Translations under genes and position numbers: made by a program
Notes under the pieces: model-generated
Told to the model about the DNA's origin: nothing
What the model saw: the letters and a program-made list of their open reading frames with translations, nothing else
The model's database searches: none
Shown: one piece after another, positions 52,801 to 58,453 of the stretch
How the letters are laid out: every line of letters starts with the position of its first letter
Numbering within the stretch: the stretch's first letter is position 1
NCBI GenBank assembly: GCA_002269645.1
Contig: NIVC01002630.1
Span: 1-58,453, forward strand
From: Macrostomum lignano
Lineage: Eukaryota
Length of the DNA stretch: 58,453 bases
Direction of reading: 5' to 3'

Positions 52801-53106
52801 TAAGCTTATGAGTAAGATAATGAGCTTGAGTCTATAGTTGATTATTGCATGAGTTAATAATGACTATATGACTCCATGAGGGAGTGAGTCAGGGCGGGTA
52901 AGTGGATCAGGGGTGGGTGAGTGGGTGAGTAAGCCGAATTTTCCCAGGAGGTAGAGAAGCGTTGAATGTGACCAAGTCAGAAATAGCAGCCACAGAAGCA
53001 GCAGTTTATTGCAATGGGATTTCTAAAACGCTTGGAAAGACGCTATACATTAAAATCATATAGTGACAATGAATGTTTGATTTAGTATATGTTCGAATCG
53101 CGCATC

Positions 53107-56100
53107 TCATTTTCCATTTTTAGATTTTGTGCCCTTCTGCTTTTTCTCTTTCTTCTGCTTCTTCTCTTTTTGCTTCTTCTTCTTGTCCTCTTTCGCGCCG
53201 CTCTCCGCCGCCTCAGTTGGAGAACGCAGGCGCTGAAGCTTCTCAGCCAGGGCCGCGGCCAGCTCCGCCTCCGCTTCGGCCTCCTCCTGCTCGGACTCGT
53301 GTATGAGCTCCGTGATGAGGGCTCGCCTGTCCACCACCGACTTCAATTCGGCCAGCAGCTGCTTTTCGTTCAGCCTGTCCTGGTCGTTTCGCTGCTGGTC
53401 TGAAAGGGGTGGCAGACCATTTTTTAGACTCTTGCGAGCCCCGAAGCAACAGGCTCTGTACATGCTTGACAACGAGAAAGTCAAGGCAGCTGTACAACAA
53501 CCGACTTTTTTAGGTGCCATTAAATTAACACGCAACACGCGGCGTTTGTCAAAGCATTGAATTGGCAAGAAGCAAAGATTAGCAGTACTTTTAAAAGAAA
53601 ATTTCTCACCTGACTTGGAGAGGGAGACGCGCAGGTCAAATTCGATTACCGAGTGCCGCAGCTCGAGTTCCCGCTCCTCAGAGCTGAGGGAGGTCGCCGG
53701 GGGGATCGTGAAGAGAAATGCGAAAAGACAAAGAAAACATTACTTTACATGACTAGATGTTATAATACACCTCAAACTGGATCAACTGCAGGTTGAAGCG
53801 GGTTTTTCTGATCTGTTTTGCACTTGGAATAAGTGCTGCATATTGTACTTTTCTAATGTGAAGTAGAAAGCATGAAACTGAGAGCTACGCACCGTCGTAG
53901 CAAGTACATTTCCTTGCGGCAGAGCTGGTTGCGCTCATTGACTAGGCTGATCCAATCGGCAAGAAGTCGCTTCTCCTCGGCGGGGTTCTGCGTCTCGGCT
54001 AAAGAAAAAGGCGGGAAAATTTCGACTAAAAATGAAACAGTATGAGTCAGAACACCAGATGAAACTCACCTGTTTTAAGCAGCTCATACAGATCTCTGCC
54101 TCGCTGCTCAACTTCCACCTGGAGTCGATTGATGCCGGCTAGTTCCCGTTCGATGTCTTCGTAGGCTTCGAACTCGTCCGGAGCCTCGGTGCGGATCACT
54201 CGGCGACCCTCTGGGCTCGCGTCGGGGCCAACCGTCTCAGCGTCGCTCAGAACAGGCGGTGGAGTCGGTGGAGGAGTTGACGGACGCTGGCGAGCCTGAA
54301 TTCGCAGTGAAGGACCAACTGGTGCGCCAGGCTGAGCCTGTTTCTTTGAGAACAATGGCGATGGTGACTCCACGTGATCTACTGAATGTTTTGCCTGAGG
54401 CTGCTTCGTTTGCCTGAGCTGCGATGGAGGCTCGGATTCAGTTTTGGATGAGGCTTGGGACTGCGATGACGATTTAAGCTGATGCTGGGACAGAAGCTGT
54501 ATCGGAGGTCCTGGAGTATCCTGTCTTTGCGTCAAATTTATTGGAGTAAATTTTTGCGATGGTTGAATCAACCGCTCTCCATGAAAACTTTCCTGTCCAT
54601 GCTTGTCGGTTTTTCTCAAGCTTAAATGCTGTGAAAGAGGCTGGGACTGAGAACTGGATGGCGTTGACAGGCCTTGGCTCTCAGTCTTTACCGTTTGAAT
54701 AGTCTGCGACGTCGGCTGCAACTGTGCTAGCGAGTTCGGCTGTAATGGTTTGTCCGCTTTTGTATCTTTGAAGCACGAAGGCTGCGTGTCGACGCTTTTT
54801 GAGTACAGTTGTGATTTAGAGTCAGGCTTGAGATGTGATTGTTGCTGCTCTGCGTTCAGTCCGCTGGTTGGTAATTTTTGAGTCAACAATTGAGATGAGG
54901 GAGCTGTGTGGGGCCTTGAGTAATTGCTCGCTGTCTGTGTTTTTTGACCCAACGACTGCGACGGTGGTTGTTTTGATGAGCATGAAGTTTTCGTGAGGGA
55001 ATGCGACTGCGGCCTATGCTTTCCTGCATCTGCGGACGGCTGGCTTGAAGATTGCAACGGTTGCGGCTTTAACCAAGAAGACTGTGCTGATGGTTGTGAC
55101 GAAGGCTGTGGCTTCTCCAGCGGCGGGACTTTCGATTCTATGGGGTTCGAAGCAGACACGGACGTTGAAGATAAAGGTGTTGGCTTCAGAATTTCCATCG
55201 CTGATGGTCCCGACGGCTTTGAGTGCGCCGACTGGCGAATCGGTTCAGGTGCGAACTTGGACTGCGGTTGTGGAACTAACCGGATGTTCGGATTTGCTAC
55301 CTTCTCCTGCTCATCCGCCAGCTGTCGATCACGCGGCGACAAAGATGGTGATTCTGGAAGCGTGTGCAGAGCTGGCGGCAGAGGCGACACCGAGCGAGGC
55401 CGTGATGGAGCAGACGCCTTAGAAACTGGACTTGTAAGCGTCTGTAACATTGGTGGCGGCTTCGGCGACACCAAAACTGGAGGCGGAAGCACTGGAGCTG
55501 CCGTCTTTGCCGGAGGCTCCTCTGTTCCGGTTGACTCCTCTTCCAGTTTCCTGCGTCTGTAGGCCACCGAAGCCCGGTGCAACGATTGCCGGCGGTCTTC
55601 CAAGTGGCACTGTCGGTGATATAGTTTTCCGGCTTCGATATGGCGCTCTAGGAAGAAGACCGGATCGCCGCACTGAGCACAAACGGCGGCTGGTCGCTGG
55701 GGTGAACGTCGTGGAGAATTGCCACGGGTTGATGAAGGGGATGCTGCCGGCCTCGTTTTTACTGGCATTGTAGCTGCGGCTGTTACCTCTGTAGGTACTT
55801 TTAGCGGTTTCGCTGCCGGTGACTTCTTGATCGACGCTGTCACTTGCGCTTCTGTTGGTGGCTTTGCGGGTGCTGCTGGTGATACAACTGCCGCTGCGGC
55901 TGGCCGGCCGTTTGCAAATAAATTCACATCAGGACCACCGGCTGAGGGCAAAACGAACGTTGGAGGATTATAATTAGCATGCAGTCTTTATACTTTTTGA
56001 TACTTACTCCTCTTTGGGATTGGAGTTCTTACCTTTCTCCTTCCCCTGCAGGTTGAGATTATAGTAGGTGACATAGGTAATAATGCTAAGCTTCTCCGGC

Positions 56101-56363
56101 ACCTCCATGTCTTCCGCGTCAAGCAACGCAGGGATGCCCAGAGTCTCAGCTGTCTCAAACGCTAGCCGGTTGTTCTCCAGCCAATCGGCCGGCTGGAGGC
56201 TGTGAAAGTTGACCAAGTCCGGCCGGTAGCGGTGCAGAATGGCGCAGAAGGCCAGGCCATCCTTGAAGCTGCTGGTGAAGTTGCTAACGCGGACGTTGGC
56301 GTAGCCGTCGGTCTGTTGCTGGCACCAGCGCAGCAGAGCCTGGATCTTGTCGGCGTAGGACAT
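53107..56363 (-). CDS. MICALL: MICAL-like protein (CH domain, single LIM-type zinc finger, P/S/Q-rich linker, bMERB Rab-binding coiled coil), about 891 aa, 5 exons
   Basis: Exons 56363-56033, 55941-54070, 53998-53893, 53683-53610, 53399-53107; consistent phases, 2676 nt. CH: [57 protein letters not shown]. Finger: [25 protein letters not shown]. bMERB: [40 protein letters not shown]. No monooxygenase domain. Confidence 0.87.
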
Positions 56364-57656
56364 TGCAACACTGTGGCGACGATGGCTGCTGAAATCAGCT
56401 GATTCGGTAAAGAGATTCGGTAAAGTAGCGTCTCAGTTTCCGAATTCTGGACTTGTCTTGCAGTTAATATTTCAAAGAAGCGAACCCAACAGAAACTTTT
56501 TAGCTTAAAGAGATCAAGTTGCAGAAACTGGCTTAGAGGAGACCTCCTTTCGTTTTCACAGCTCCCTTTCTGCCGTTTCTGGGATTTATTGCTTAATTTA
56601 CTGCGATAAACGGGTACTCCACTGGTACTGTAATACTCTAAAGGTTGAGCAAACAGGTAGATTTATTTCCAGAAAAATTATGCACTTACGAATTCTAGAC
56701 AAACTAGATGCCAGAATATTCAATTGGAAACACTTTTAGTGCAGTGTCGGTTTCTCTTGCAATCATTTAGTAAGAAGTAAGATTTGCAGATTGCAGTTGC
56801 GTAGTTGTTGTAAAATCTTTTCAATCTTTAAAGAAATTTTGGAAAGAGCAGAGTTGTACAGTTTTGTTTCAACCGACGTCAGCTGAGTCAGACAAGCTGT
56901 GCGCAGAAGAGAGAGAGAGTAAAAGCGTGCAATGCACTGCAGTTTATTAGCAAGACTGTTCAAGCCAGATCAGGCATGTGGTACTCATTACAGTCTGAAT
57001 AGAATAATACAGAAGCAGCTCTAAGGTACTTAATGTAGGGCCTGGTTTGAGGTTCGCTGCACGTTCCAACTCTGCCTATAACGATGTGCCCCGCCGCAAG
57101 TTTCTCCGTCCACTTATGGCTTCGGTAACCATATTTGTGGATGGCGCATGATTAATTTATAGGGTTGGTAGAGCCAGAAACTCGAAGTCTTTCCGTCTCG
57201 CCCACGTGCAAACAGCTTGTGCAACGTGTGCAATATTTCTTGCGCCGATAAAAGATAAGAAATAATTACAACGAACTACCTATCTGAACACTAGCATTCC
57301 AAGTTCAATAGGCACTTTGCGTTCAAAAGACTCTGCTGAGTTGAATATTAATTCATGGTACATTTTACCAAGCTTTTCCTGCTCCCACGCGCGGGTCTTC
57401 TCTGGCATTGCTAGAGTAGTTGTACTTACAGTGGCTTAGTCAGGATTTTCATAGAGATGATCACACATGTATTTGACTTGGGGCGTCTCTTAGGGCGTTA
57501 AAAGTGTTGACAAAGTACGCTTTTAAATTGGGGAGAGTACAGACAATACTCGCATTGTTGACTGCGTGCGGGATCATGAAACCATGTCCGCTACCCCTTG
57601 CATTGTTCCTGGTAGTGGAACAATACGTTTGGAATTCAAGGTTTATTTTTCAAAAA

Positions 57657-58198
57657 CTAGCAATCTAGTGCCCCCCTTTGGGGCGCCCAATAAGCAAGGA
57701 GCAAAAAACATTATGCAAATCCATTAAAAAAACATTTTCTTAAGAATCAATTCCTTCTCCAGTTTTATAAATCACTTGACAGTAAAATTGTCATGGACAA
57801 AGACGTTTGTGTGAGTCTCTTCTTTCTAAAAGTAAAAAAAGACACCACAAAATAAAGCCTTCACAAAGATAGCAGGCATTCCCCCTAATTAGAAAGCATC
57901 CCCCAGATACCCAGATAACAAACACCCCCCCCCCAGATAGCAAGCACCCCCCCAGATAGCAAGCACTCCCCCCAGAAAGCAAGCACCCCCCCATATAGCA
58001 AGCACCCCCCAGATAGCAAGCACCCCCAGATAGCAAGCACCCCCCAGATAGCAAGCATCCCCCAGATAGCAAGCAACCCCCAGATAGCAAGCAACCCCCA
58101 GATGGCAAGCACCCCCCATATAGTAAGCATCCCCCAAACAGCAAGCATCCTTCGATAGCAAGCATCCGTAAATAGAAAGCATGTGTACACAATGTAGA
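57657..58198 (-). mobile_element. Probable non-autonomous Helitron
   Basis: Minus-strand 3' end: hairpin GCGCCCC-AAAGG-GGGGCAC, 7 nt, then CTAG followed by T. Candidate 5' end A|TCTACATT at 58199/58198. Internal minisatellite. The 5' boundary is uncertain. Confidence 0.5.
57895..58166. repeat. About 18-bp minisatellite (AGATAGCAAGCACCCCCC)
   Basis: Read directly; variable C-run. Confidence 0.93.
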
Positions 58199-58453
58199 TC
58201 TTGAATTGAAAGTCTGAGAAGCTAAGACAATACCCAATCTTATTGTTTACACCAGAATTAATTTATTTTCTTCGAAAAATCTAATCTAGTTAGTCAAAAT
58301 CTATCAATTTATTTTGCCCATAGTAAGAGTTAAGTAAGCGTTCAGAGCCCAGCTGGTCAGTAAACAATATCAGACAAAGAACTCGTCAACAGAGTCGGTA
58401 TCCAGGGATTGTTGGTACAGCCGACTGACATCATCCTGGCTGATTTGAAACTG

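Overview
Eukaryotic (animal) genomic DNA. It has short GC-rich exons, GT-AG introns and about 20% tandem repeat by my rough hand count; this style suggests a free-living flatworm such as Macrostomum, which is inference only. I rebuilt four spliced genes by hand with consistent intron phases: troponin I (-, 8 exons including a 10-nt microexon), a 3xCUB-LDLa-TM receptor (-, 10 exons), a BAMBI-like TGF-beta pseudoreceptor (+, 3 exons) and a MICAL-like CH/half-LIM/bMERB protein (-, 5 exons). The standout is a 6.4-kb head-to-head inverted dimer of an intact Penelope-like retroelement (39130-45568). It has two identical 823-aa RT + GIY-YIG ORFs, four pseudo-LTRs that each carry a minimal hammerhead ribozyme motif, and one 12-bp target-site duplication around the whole structure. 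This points to a single, very recent event in which both target ends were primed. Also present are four to five TIR MITEs (one nested), four tRNA-derived CORE-type SINEs (two forming an intronic inverted pair), an RTE-like LINE fragment, a probable Helitron remnant and more than 20 mini/microsatellite arrays. Exon coordinates come from manual reading and need RNA-seq confirmation. Array boundaries are approximate.
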